This document shows positions 28,205-36,995 of a stretch of 63,321 nt of DNA, one piece after another (the stretch's first letter is position 1; every line of letters begins with the position of its first letter). The position numbers and the translations under genes are program-made. Source of the stretch: Deferribacterales bacterium (GTDB taxonomy: Bacteria; Chrysiogenota; Deferribacteres; Deferribacterales; Geovibrionaceae); contig JBFWLW010000015.1 in the NCBI GenBank assembly GCA_050251945.1, forward strand, positions 1 through 63,321. Reading direction: 5' to 3'. The notes beneath the pieces were generated by a model. The model did no database searches. It saw only the letters and a program-made list of their open reading frames with translations, and had not been told where the DNA came from.

Positions 28205-29110
28205 ATGAAAATACTTGTAATAAGCGATAAAATGGCAAATTTCAGCGAGCTTTGCGGCGGAGCGAAAGCTCTGGGCGGCGATGCTGTGGCGTTCGCAGTG
28301 TGCGGAAAAGATGAAGCGGTGGCTATTCCCGCGGGGAAAGTATATTGCGCGGAAGCCGGCAGAGACAAACTCTTTGAAGACAGCTTTGCATCCGTTAAAG
28401 AGGTTGTTTTAAAAGAAAATCCGGAAGCAGTGCTTATCAGCGCAACAAAAAGAGGTAAATATCTGGCTGCCAGACTTGCCGCCGCCCTCGGAACTTCAGC
28501 ACTTACAGACCTTTCAAACATTACCGTTGAAGGCGGATGTGTGAAGGGAACCCAGATGTATTACGGAGGCGCGGCTCTGCGCACTCTGAAAAGCAAAGGC
28601 ACAGCTGTTGTCACTGCCGGAGCCGGTTCTTTTGAACCCGTTTCAGGCAATGCCGGCGAAGTCGTTGACGCTCCCGTTTGCGAAGCAGGCAAAATAGTCA
28701 GAAAAGAGATCCGCAGAAAAGAGGTGCAGTCTGTAAACCTTGCCGCCGCTAAGATAGTGGTCGGTGTCGGAAGAGGATTTGCCAAAAAAGAGGATATAGC
28801 TCTGGCGGATGCTCTTGCGGCTGCTGTGGGTGGCGAGGTCGGCTGTTCACGTCCCATCGCAGAAGGCGAAAAATGGATGGACGTTGCCAGATATATCGGC
28901 GTGTCAGGTGTGACCCTGAAACCCGACGTATATTTCGCAGTGGGTATTTCCGGTCAGATACAGCATACGATAGGTATCGGCTCTGCCAAGACCGTTATAG
29001 CAATAAACAAAGATAAAAACGCCCCGATATTCAAGGTTTGCGACTACGGTATCGTCGGCGACCTTTATAAGATCCTCCCTGCACTGACAGACATGATAAA
29101 GGCAGGATAA
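28205..29110 (+). CDS. fixB: Electron transfer flavoprotein alpha subunit
   Basis: VGVGRG, GCSRP, YIGVSG, GISGQIQH and AINKD motifs; SD before ATG 28205. Confidence 0.9.
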   Translation: MKILVISDKMANFSELCGGAKALGGDAVAFAVCGKDEAVAIPAGKVYCAEAGRDKLFEDSFASVKEVVLKENPEAVLISATKRGKYLAARLAAALGTSALTDLSNITVEGGCVKGTQMYYGGAALRTLKSKGTAVVTAGAGSFEPVSGNAGEVVDAPVCEAGKIVRKEIRRKEVQSVNLAAAKIVVGVGRGFAKKEDIALADALAAAVGGEVGCSRPIAEGEKWMDVARYIGVSGVTLKPDVYFAVGISGQIQHTIGIGSAKTVIAINKDKNAPIFKVCDYGIVGDLYKILPALTDMIKAG

Positions 29111-29170
29111 TGTCCTCATTTCAGCGGCACGGGACGCAACACCCGTGCCGCCCCCAATTCAGAGGTTATT

Positions 29171-30463
29171 ATGAGTGAAGAAAAATTTGACGCGATAATT
29201 ATCGGAGCCGGAATCGCCGGTGCAACGGCTGCGCTTCAGCTCGCAAAGGCGGGACTTGAGGTTCTTGTTATCGAAAGAGGAAACTACGCCGGAGCAAAAA
29301 ACATGACCGGCGGAAGATTATACAGCCACAGTCTTGAAAAGGTGATACCCGATTTCGCCTCAAAAGCCCCTGTTGAGAGAAGAGTCACCAAAGAAAAAAT
29401 AAGCATGATGACGGAAACCGGAGCGGTCACCGTGGAATATACGGGTGACGAACTGCGCAGACAGGGCAGGGATTCCTATGTGGTTCTGCGCGGCGTTTTC
29501 GACAGATGGCTTATGGAGCAGGCAGAGGAAGCGGGCGCAATGTTCGTTGCCGGAATACTGGTTGAAGACCTGATAGTGCGTGACGGAAAGGTCTGCGGTA
29601 TCGTTGCCGGCGAAGACGAGATGTATGCGGATGTGGTAATCCTTGCGGACGGCGCCAACTCTCAGCTTATGCAGAAGGCGGGGCTCCAGAAGACCATCAC
29701 AAGCTCACACCAGATGGCAGTGGGTGCTAAAGAGGTAATTACACTCGACCGGAAGACCATAGAAGACCGTTTCGGCGTTTCCGAGGGCGACGGTGCCGCA
29801 TGGCTCTTCGCCGGTTCACCTTCCGACGGAAACATAGGCGGCGGTCTCATCTATACCAACAAGGACAGCATCTCTATAGGAATAGTTGTCACTATCGCGG
29901 AGATGGAAAAGGCAAAAAAATCCGTTCACGAAATGCTTGAACAGTTCAAGGAGCATCCCGCAGTCAAGCCACTTATCAAAGGCGGAAAACTTGCGGAATA
30001 TTCAGGTCATATGGTTGCCGAGGGCGGATATGACATGGTTCCGACACTTTACGGCAACGGTATCCTTGCCGCTGGTGATGCGGCTCACCTTGTGATAAAC
30101 GCCGGATATACCGTCAGAGGTATGGATCTTGCCGTGGGTTCTGCAACTGCTGCCGCAAAAGCTGTTATAGCGGCAAAGGAGAAGGGCGATTATTCAGCCG
30201 CGTCACTTGCGGCATACAAACAGCTTCTGGACGACAGCTTTGTTATGAAAGATATGAAGCACTTCAAAGACTTCCCGCACTTTATGGAAAATAAACGTAT
30301 TTTTAACGATTATCCCGCTATGGCGAATGAAATCTTTTCCGGTCTTTTTGTTGTGGACGGAAGCGAACCTAAATCAATGCTATCAAAAATGATGAAGCCT
30401 GTCAGAAAGGTCGGCATCATGAACCTTATCAAAGACGGCTATAAGGGTATCAGAGCCCTTTAA
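29171..30463 (+). CDS. fixC: FixC/YdiS-type ETF:quinone oxidoreductase flavoprotein
   Basis: IIGAGIAG, GAKNMTGGRLY, AGDAA and RGMDLA motifs. Confidence 0.92.
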   Translation: MSEEKFDAIIIGAGIAGATAALQLAKAGLEVLVIERGNYAGAKNMTGGRLYSHSLEKVIPDFASKAPVERRVTKEKISMMTETGAVTVEYTGDELRRQGRDSYVVLRGVFDRWLMEQAEEAGAMFVAGILVEDLIVRDGKVCGIVAGEDEMYADVVILADGANSQLMQKAGLQKTITSSHQMAVGAKEVITLDRKTIEDRFGVSEGDGAAWLFAGSPSDGNIGGGLIYTNKDSISIGIVVTIAEMEKAKKSVHEMLEQFKEHPAVKPLIKGGKLAEYSGHMVAEGGYDMVPTLYGNGILAAGDAAHLVINAGYTVRGMDLAVGSATAAAKAVIAAKEKGDYSAASLAAYKQLLDDSFVMKDMKHFKDFPHFMENKRIFNDYPAMANEIFSGLFVVDGSEPKSMLSKMMKPVRKVGIMNLIKDGYKGIRAL

Positions 30464-30479
30464 TTTGGCAGGAGGACAT

Positions 30480-30755
30480 ATGACAACCGTGGAAGAAAAA
30501 CTGGGTGTGGACAAGTTCCATGTGGACGAGGAATACCCGCACATAGAAGTGAATAAAGACGCCAGCCCGAAAGATATTATGGCAGTTGTCCGCGCCTGTC
30601 CGGCGGGACTTTACAAATATAATGACGGAGTGCTTTCCTTTGACTATGCAGGATGTTTTGAATGCGGGACGTGCCGCGTTCTGAGCTTTGGCAAAGTCGT
30701 TTCTAAATGGACGTTCCCTAAGGGGTCGTTCGGCATCGAATACAGATTCGGCTGA
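30480..30755 (+). CDS. fixX: FixX ferredoxin-like protein
   Basis: ACPAGLY, GCFECGTCR and GIEYRFG motifs. Confidence 0.92.
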   Translation: MTTVEEKLGVDKFHVDEEYPHIEVNKDASPKDIMAVVRACPAGLYKYNDGVLSFDYAGCFECGTCRVLSFGKVVSKWTFPKGSFGIEYRFG

Positions 30756-30958
30756 TATCAGCTCATCAGTCTTAATCTGTTGTCAGGCTGTACTGTGTCC
30801 GCTTTCTGAGGGGAATAGGGAAAGGAGCGGGCGCAGTACTTTTTTTAGAGTCTCCAACACAATATCCATGCCCAGCTTATTCCGGAATTTAAAACAGTCT
30901 GCAAAAGACACAGCCTTATTATTTGTTACGACAGGCGGGGATATGTTGCCATGTCTGT

Positions 30959-31315
30959 TCAGCAGCCCATATCCTGCGGTTCAAATATTCTGTGTCCGAT
31001 CTTATATTTTTTTATTTCCTTAGTGCCTGATTCAACGGAGATTGTGATTTCCGTATTTTCAAAGCATTTGTTATCGAAATAGATGAAAGCCCTTTTCCTG
31101 CCGGAAATGAAAAATTTGCCGCTTTTTTCTATTCCCGAAACCCGCTGAACTGCCACACACGGGCTGCTTACTGCGATACTGAACTTTGTATCCGGTGCGA
31201 TTTCAAACCGGAAATTTTCATATTCGGTAATGTGAACGGGAGAATAGATTATTATTCCGCCGGCAAAACATGGGAAGCTGAAAAAGCAAAACAATAAGCT
31301 CAAGATACTTTTCAT
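30959..31315 (-). CDS. Small exported hypothetical protein
   Basis: Signal-peptide-like MKSILSLLFCFFSFPCFA; downstream of the molybdoenzyme. Confidence 0.5.
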   Translation of the reverse strand: MKSILSLLFCFFSFPCFAGGIIIYSPVHITEYENFRFEIAPDTKFSIAVSSPCVAVQRVSGIEKSGKFFISGRKRAFIYFDNKCFENTEITISVESGTKEIKKYKIGHRIFEPQDMGC

Positions 31316-31365
31316 AATGACACCTGAAAAAAGGGAGGGACGCCGATGCGCCCCTCTCTGATAAA

Positions 31366-34300
31366 TCATATTTTAATAACTTTGACTTTTGTGTCGTAAA
31401 ATGATGCGCTGCCGCCTATTTTATCGGTACAGCACATATTTTTGAGCACGGGGTCAATGGTGTTGGCGGCGTTGGCGCAAATGCCCGCAGCTCTCCTTTT
31501 GTCACCTTTGACGGTTTTGCCATTGACTGTAACGTCAGATGCTCCGTATGCCCAGTGTCCGTAGTGCCATGACACGGCTATTGTTCCCGGTCTGATAGTT
31601 TCGGACACTTTAACTTTGCCCTGCATTGCAACTTTCGTTCCGTTTTTAAGATCCCAGACGCCTTCGGGGTTTGATGCGGAAACTATTTTGGCAGTGTCTC
31701 CGGTTGACAGTCCCAGTTTAAGGGCATCCTTTGTGTGCATGAGGATAAAGTTTTCAGAATTGTGCAGCTCGTTTGACCAGTAGTTCCCTATGGTTCTGGA
31801 TTGCCCGCCGGTGATTTCCTTATATGTGATCATATCAAGGTCATAACCTGCCTGCTGCAATGGTCTGTCCAGCATGTCTGACGCAACTGTATAGACAGGG
31901 TAGCCCAGAAATCTCTTTCCTGTCATGGAATCCTTTGTGAGGGCAACCTTCTCAACATACATGTTGATGCGTTTTTTGTATTGATGAGCCACCTTGTCGC
32001 CGGCGTATGCATCGGGCAGGAACTCAAAGCGTCCGCCTCTGTTGAGAACATAGACCATTTTTGCCCAGTTTTTGGTTTGCATCTTTGCTCTTTCAATATC
32101 AAAAGCGGCGGGAGAAAGATGCTTTCTGGCTTTTTCAAAAACAGCCAGTTCATCCGCAGAGGCGGCGGGCACCCCCTCCCCTTCCATTGCAATGTTTTCA
32201 ACCAGTTTCATGTAGAAATCGGTGTCAGAATAGTTGTCCATTCCGGCTCCGAAACCGTCCTTGCCATATCCTGCAAGACCAAGTTTCTCCGCAACTGCAT
32301 ATGTGAATGTTTCAATACAGACGTGTGCCTTCTGTCCGTTGACTTTCACTGTGTCTGTGAGTGGTTCGACCATGGGCTGCCGCACTTTTGAACAGGTTGA
32401 GGCTACATCGGGTGTGGTGTGCGATGTTGCCCATCTTTCCCATATTGCTTTATCGGGAATGATATAATCGGCATACATGGACGTTTCCCCTATAACTATA
32501 TCGCTGGCTATGAACAGAGGAAGTTTTTTGACATCCTGAAGCATCTCAATGAACACCTGTCCCGCAGGAGTAGCAAATGCAGGTGTACCCATGTGTGTTA
32601 TGAGGCATTTTATGCCGTACGGGTAACTTTCATATCCCGATGGGATGATCTCCTGATAAACGTGACCTGTAAAGGGATAGAAAGGTCTTTTTGCGGGGTA
32701 GCCTGTAAAGAAGGATGTGGATTCATATTTCACCCCCTCTCTTGTAACAGCATATCCGAATGTTCCCAGCTTGTTGTTGACCATTTTCCCCATATCATAG
32801 GGGCATCCTGTTTTTCCGCCGTATTCGTGCCAGTGACCGCCGCCGACCATTATGCCGCCTGCCCAGTCTGTGTTTCCTACGAGCAAGTTGAGAGCAACAA
32901 TAGTTGTGGCGTTATAATAGCCGTTGGTGTGCTGAACTGCGCCTCTGTAGAAATCTATCCCTGTTTTCTTACCGTAGCTTGTAAATTCTTTTGCCACCAG
33001 CTGAACATCGGAAGCCGGAACTCCGCAGATTTCCGCCCATTCCCCCACTGTTTTTGAGAATGCTGACTCTTTGTAAATCTGGAATGAGGATTTAACTTTG
33101 ATTCCGTTAATTTCCGTGTCCACAAAAAGGTCACCTGTTACGGCATCGCCTTTTTCCTCTCCGGCGGCAGGCTTTCCGCCTGACATAACCACAAATTCGC
33201 CTTTGAGCCCTATTTCTTCCGGTTTAAGGTAAGCACCCGGACCGTCTTTTTCAATCTTCACCAGCCATGACGATGTGGTGTAGTTGGTCTCTTTCACAGC
33301 TTTTGCAGCGTTAAAGTTTGCAGCCTGAAGGTAGCCGGCATCATATTTACCGTTTTCGATTATATATCTTGCCATACCCAGAGCGAAAGCGGCATCCGTC
33401 CCGGCTTTAATAGGTATCCATTTTGTAGCCTTTGCGGCGGTTTTCGAGAATCTGGGGTCTATGACATAAACTTTTAAATCCCTTTCCGTAAGCCCTGCCG
33501 TAAGTTTTTCGCTGATTGCGGGAGGTCCGAAGTTAGCTTCAAAACCGCCAGTTCCGAAATAAACCACACATCCGGCATTCATGATATCAGGTTTGAGGTG
33601 TGTCACGCCGCTGAACATCTGGGCAAAACCGATGTGGTGGGACTGTTCGCAGATTGTAGTGTGTTCAAAAAAGTTTTTTGAGCCGAAACAGTCTTTTACA
33701 AAACGGCTCATAAATTCTTTCCGGCCGTGTTCGATCCTGCCCGCCATGAAAACAAGCTGTGAGTTTGCGGGACCTGCATCAGGGTGTTCAGGATTTGCAA
33801 AGAGATCAATCCTGTCTGCGTATTTTGCTTTGAAATCGGCAATACTCATCTTTTTGGCGGCAACGGCTTTGCCATCCTCTTCCATTTCTTTCATGAGTTT
33901 GGCATCTTTAACTTTATAGATGCTACGGAGACCGCCAACTTTTCTGGTTGCTTCGCCTTCGACATCTTTGAAAAGAAGTCCGCCTTCGACTATTTCGTTG
34001 ACCGCCTGATCAAAGTCTATGGCAATCCATTTGTTTTCGCCCCGTTTTCCTGCTCTTTTCAGAACTTTTTTGAGCCTGTAAGGGTCATAAAGCGACTGGA
34101 TGCCTGCCTGTCCTTTCGGGCATATTTTTGCATCTATCCTTGCTGCTCTCTCCAGCGGTTCATCAAGTGCCAGATTAGGATAAAGGTTTTGTGCTGTATA
34201 GGGATTGCCGTCTATTTTCAGCAATACGCCATCTTTCACCTTGCCTTTGATGGCGCAGGCAGTATGGCACTGCAAACAGATTGAATAAATAACGTGTTCG

Positions 34301-34479
34301 GGTTTTGACAAGTCGTAACTGTTGATTTCGCCGCCTGTTGCTGCAACCTTCTGTACGGCGTTTGCCGCACATCCGAGCTGTGATGCAAGAACGGCAGAAC
34401 CGCCCACAAACGCCGATGATTTAATAAATCCCCTGCGGTTAATCTCAAATTTATCAAAAATATCTTTAAAACTGCTCAT
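31366..34479 (-). CDS. Mo/W-bisPGD oxidoreductase catalytic subunit, TtrA/SrdA-like; Tat lipoprotein
   Basis: RRGFIK Tat motif plus QLGC lipobox; CLQCHTAC...CPKG FS0 motif; HTTICEQ Cys-ligand region; C-terminal dinucleotide-binding domain. Confidence 0.85.
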   Translation of the reverse strand: MSSFKDIFDKFEINRRGFIKSSAFVGGSAVLASQLGCAANAVQKVAATGGEINSYDLSKPEHVIYSICLQCHTACAIKGKVKDGVLLKIDGNPYTAQNLYPNLALDEPLERAARIDAKICPKGQAGIQSLYDPYRLKKVLKRAGKRGENKWIAIDFDQAVNEIVEGGLLFKDVEGEATRKVGGLRSIYKVKDAKLMKEMEEDGKAVAAKKMSIADFKAKYADRIDLFANPEHPDAGPANSQLVFMAGRIEHGRKEFMSRFVKDCFGSKNFFEHTTICEQSHHIGFAQMFSGVTHLKPDIMNAGCVVYFGTGGFEANFGPPAISEKLTAGLTERDLKVYVIDPRFSKTAAKATKWIPIKAGTDAAFALGMARYIIENGKYDAGYLQAANFNAAKAVKETNYTTSSWLVKIEKDGPGAYLKPEEIGLKGEFVVMSGGKPAAGEEKGDAVTGDLFVDTEINGIKVKSSFQIYKESAFSKTVGEWAEICGVPASDVQLVAKEFTSYGKKTGIDFYRGAVQHTNGYYNATTIVALNLLVGNTDWAGGIMVGGGHWHEYGGKTGCPYDMGKMVNNKLGTFGYAVTREGVKYESTSFFTGYPAKRPFYPFTGHVYQEIIPSGYESYPYGIKCLITHMGTPAFATPAGQVFIEMLQDVKKLPLFIASDIVIGETSMYADYIIPDKAIWERWATSHTTPDVASTCSKVRQPMVEPLTDTVKVNGQKAHVCIETFTYAVAEKLGLAGYGKDGFGAGMDNYSDTDFYMKLVENIAMEGEGVPAASADELAVFEKARKHLSPAAFDIERAKMQTKNWAKMVYVLNRGGRFEFLPDAYAGDKVAHQYKKRINMYVEKVALTKDSMTGKRFLGYPVYTVASDMLDRPLQQAGYDLDMITYKEITGGQSRTIGNYWSNELHNSENFILMHTKDALKLGLSTGDTAKIVSASNPEGVWDLKNGTKVAMQGKVKVSETIRPGTIAVSWHYGHWAYGASDVTVNGKTVKGDKRRAAGICANAANTIDPVLKNMCCTDKIGGSASFYDTKVKVIKI

Positions 34480-34489
34480 GAAGCCCCCC

Positions 34490-35230
34490 TTAACCGTGAC
34501 ACTTTTTACAGAGTTCAACGGAGTCTGTAATGTATTTTGTTGTCGGCAGAGTTTTTTCTCCTTCCATAAATACATACAGATTGAGCTCTTTTGCTTTCTG
34601 ATAAACAAAGCTTTCGGTATCTGATATATCACCGAAATACGTTGCGCCTCCGAGGCAGGTTGTCACACATGCGGGGAGCATGGCGGCATTCAGCCTGTGC
34701 AGGCAGTAGTGGCATTTTCTGCAGCTGTTCACCGGCAGTGATTTTGATGTCCTTTTCACCGCCTTGCCGTATTCATAGATGGGGCCGTGTTCATATTCCA
34801 TGAGCATCGGAGTGCCGGCGGTGTAAAAGTTGCCGTGATCAACTTTTATGGCGGAGTAAGGGCAGGCTTTTTCCGCCTGACCGCCGCATCCGACACATTT
34901 TGCGTAGTTCACAGCGACAATTCCGTCCTCTCTTTTATAGATTGCTTTGCCTGTGCAGGACTTGATGCAGGGTGCATCATCGCACTGCATACACATTCCG
35001 GGCATGAATATGCTCATAACATTCGGGAATTCCCCGTCTTCGGCTTCTTTTACCCAGCGGTAATTCACACCTTCCGGTGTTTTGTTTTCCGCTTTGCACG
35101 CAACAGAGCAGGAATGACAGCCGGTACATTTTCTGATGTCAATCAACATCGCCCATTTCCGCTTTGAAACGGGCTTCAGAAGAGCTCTTTCCAGATCTCT
35201 CTGCATCCTGACAATATTGGATTCGTTCAT
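34490..35230 (-). CDS. 4Fe-4S electron-transfer subunit (TtrB/DmsB-like)
   Basis: CTGCHSC..AC, CMQCDDAPC..SC and KCHYC..R....PACV..C motifs; SD GGAGG before ATG 35230. Confidence 0.9.
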   Translation of the reverse strand: MNESNIVRMQRDLERALLKPVSKRKWAMLIDIRKCTGCHSCSVACKAENKTPEGVNYRWVKEAEDGEFPNVMSIFMPGMCMQCDDAPCIKSCTGKAIYKREDGIVAVNYAKCVGCGGQAEKACPYSAIKVDHGNFYTAGTPMLMEYEHGPIYEYGKAVKRTSKSLPVNSCRKCHYCLHRLNAAMLPACVTTCLGGATYFGDISDTESFVYQKAKELNLYVFMEGEKTLPTTKYITDSVELCKKCHG

Positions 35231-35261
35231 AGGAACCTCCATTAGTGATAATGGAGAATAA

Positions 35262-35364
35262 CGCAATAGACGTGCCAATGAAGGGTGTGCTAAGTTTTTG
35301 ATAAACGGTGGCGGAGGCAGAAGTGTTGTAAGGTTTCTTTACGGTTTGCGTAAAGATTATTTAC
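35262..35364 (-). promoter_or_regulatory. sigma54 promoter plus tandem palindromic activator sites
   Basis: Minus strand TGGCAC-GTCTA-TTGC (35277-35263); GTAA-N7-TTAC at 35328-35342 and 35350-35364. Confidence 0.8.
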
Positions 35365-36749
35365 GGCTGGGCTATGCCATATTTTTTGAGCTTTTCATAG
35401 AAAGTTACACGGCTTATTCCAAGCATCTTTGCGGCGGCGGTATTGTTATTCTGGCATTCGGCAAGGACGTTCCGGATAAGCTGTTCTTCAACCTCTTCAA
35501 CAGCCCGGGTCAGGATATTCTCGTGATATTTCCGTCTGAAATATTCTGTGAAGCTGCAGGAGGAGGCATCTGTAGAATCAGATTCCAGCCCCAGAGCCGA
35601 TGTTATCACTTTTCCGGTTATCACTCCTGAGTTTGCCGTTGCCACTGCTTTAGCCATAACATTTTTCAGCTCGCGGACATTGCCCTGCCACCTGTATGAT
35701 TCCAGCAGCTCTCTGGCGGATTTTTCCATACAGCAGATATCTTTATTCATTGAATCAGAGAAAAATTTTATAAAATGCAGAGCCGACGGCCAAATATCGC
35801 TGATCCGTTTTCTGAGCGGCGGAATTTCGATGCTGAAAGTGTTGATACGGTAAAACAGGTCTTCTCTGAATGAACCGTTTGCGACGAGTTCACGCAGGTT
35901 TCTGTTGGTTGCAGACACGATTCTGATGTCAACTTTTTTGAACGTGTTATCGCCGACCCGCTGTATCCTGCCGTCCTGAAGCACCTGAAGAAGCTTGCCC
36001 TGCAGACTGAGGGGCATGTCGCCTATTTCATCCAGAAATATTGTGCCTTTGTCCGCCATTTGGAATTTGCCGGGATTTGAGGCATAAGCCCCCGTAAAAG
36101 CACCTTTGACATATCCGAAAAGCTCGCTTTCCAGCAGGTTTTCGGGTATTGCGGCGCAGTTTATATTGATGAACGGATTTCCGCTCCTTTTGCTGTATTT
36201 GTGAATGAGGTTTGAGGCAACATCTTTTCCCGTGCCGCTCTCTCCTGTTATCAAAACAGGGGTGTCGGTCGCCGAAATAATCGCTATACTTTTCAGGACA
36301 TCTTTCATTTCGCCGGAAACAGCTATCACAGCATCCGGAATATAGGGTATTTCCGATAATATCTCAAACTGCCCCTTATCAAAGCAATAATTATCTTTTG
36401 ACGAATATTTTTCTATAGTTTCAATAAGATGCCTGATTTCAGCAGGTTTTGTGAGAAAATCAATCGCTCCGGCACGGATGGCATCAAGAATAAGCTCCGT
36501 TGAACCGTGGGCGGTAAGCATTACCACCGGAATATCGGTTGTGAGTTTCCGGATACTTTTAAGAACATCAAGACCGTTTTCGTCTCCCAGGCTGTAATCA
36601 AGAAAGATAAGGTTAAAGTTTTCCGTTTTCAGCAGAATGTAGGCACCTTCAAGATCCATTGCGGTAAAAACTTCATAATATTTTCCGAGTGATCTTTTCA
36701 ACCCGTAACAGAGAGATTCGTCATCATCAATGATAAGTATTTTCTGCAT
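35361..36749 (-). CDS. NtrC-family sigma54 response regulator
   Basis: IIDDD receiver, FLDY; GESGTGKD; GAFTGA; GNVREL; Fis HTH. Confidence 0.93.
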   Translation of the reverse strand: MQKILIIDDDESLCYGLKRSLGKYYEVFTAMDLEGAYILLKTENFNLIFLDYSLGDENGLDVLKSIRKLTTDIPVVMLTAHGSTELILDAIRAGAIDFLTKPAEIRHLIETIEKYSSKDNYCFDKGQFEILSEIPYIPDAVIAVSGEMKDVLKSIAIISATDTPVLITGESGTGKDVASNLIHKYSKRSGNPFININCAAIPENLLESELFGYVKGAFTGAYASNPGKFQMADKGTIFLDEIGDMPLSLQGKLLQVLQDGRIQRVGDNTFKKVDIRIVSATNRNLRELVANGSFREDLFYRINTFSIEIPPLRKRISDIWPSALHFIKFFSDSMNKDICCMEKSARELLESYRWQGNVRELKNVMAKAVATANSGVITGKVITSALGLESDSTDASSCSFTEYFRRKYHENILTRAVEEVEEQLIRNVLAECQNNNTAAAKMLGISRVTFYEKLKKYGIAQP

Positions 36750-36940
36750 GCGTTATTCTTGCAAAAATCGGCTGTGCTGGCAATAAAATCTTTTTGCGTT
36801 CCATCATAGGAAAGCATTCCGCATAAACTCCGTTTCTCTGGCGGGGAATTTCAGTTCTTTTGCCCAGGGCGTGGCCGCCATGGACACAATCTTTATTTAG
36901 ATTGGACTCCCCTGCCCCGTACATTTTTATATTTTTTATC

Positions 36941-36960
36941 TTAGAAACGGACGTTTCTAA
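36941..36960. promoter_or_regulatory. Perfect palindrome, candidate recombinase crossover or operator site
   Basis: TTAGAAACG-GA-CGTTTCTAA abutting the recombinase promoter TTGAAA-17-TATAAT (36962-36990). Confidence 0.65.
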
Positions 36961-36995
36961 ATTGAAAAAATGTGAAATACCCTGTATAATGCGTT

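Noticed and set aside
13546..30755. Canonical carnitine (caiTABCDE) pathway
   Set aside because: No CaiT, CaiE or CaiF; extra OYE, MBL and MFS genes point to another substrate.
31366..34479. Calling it arrA, arxA or ttrA
   Set aside because: Length (~1037 aa) and motifs fit the TtrA/SrdA clade rather than ArrA/ArxA, but ttrC is absent and the substrate cannot be read from the sequence.
36727..36924. 65-aa ORF as a kinase C-terminal remnant upstream of the regulator
   Set aside because: No HATPase motifs; the region is better explained as the regulator's promoter.
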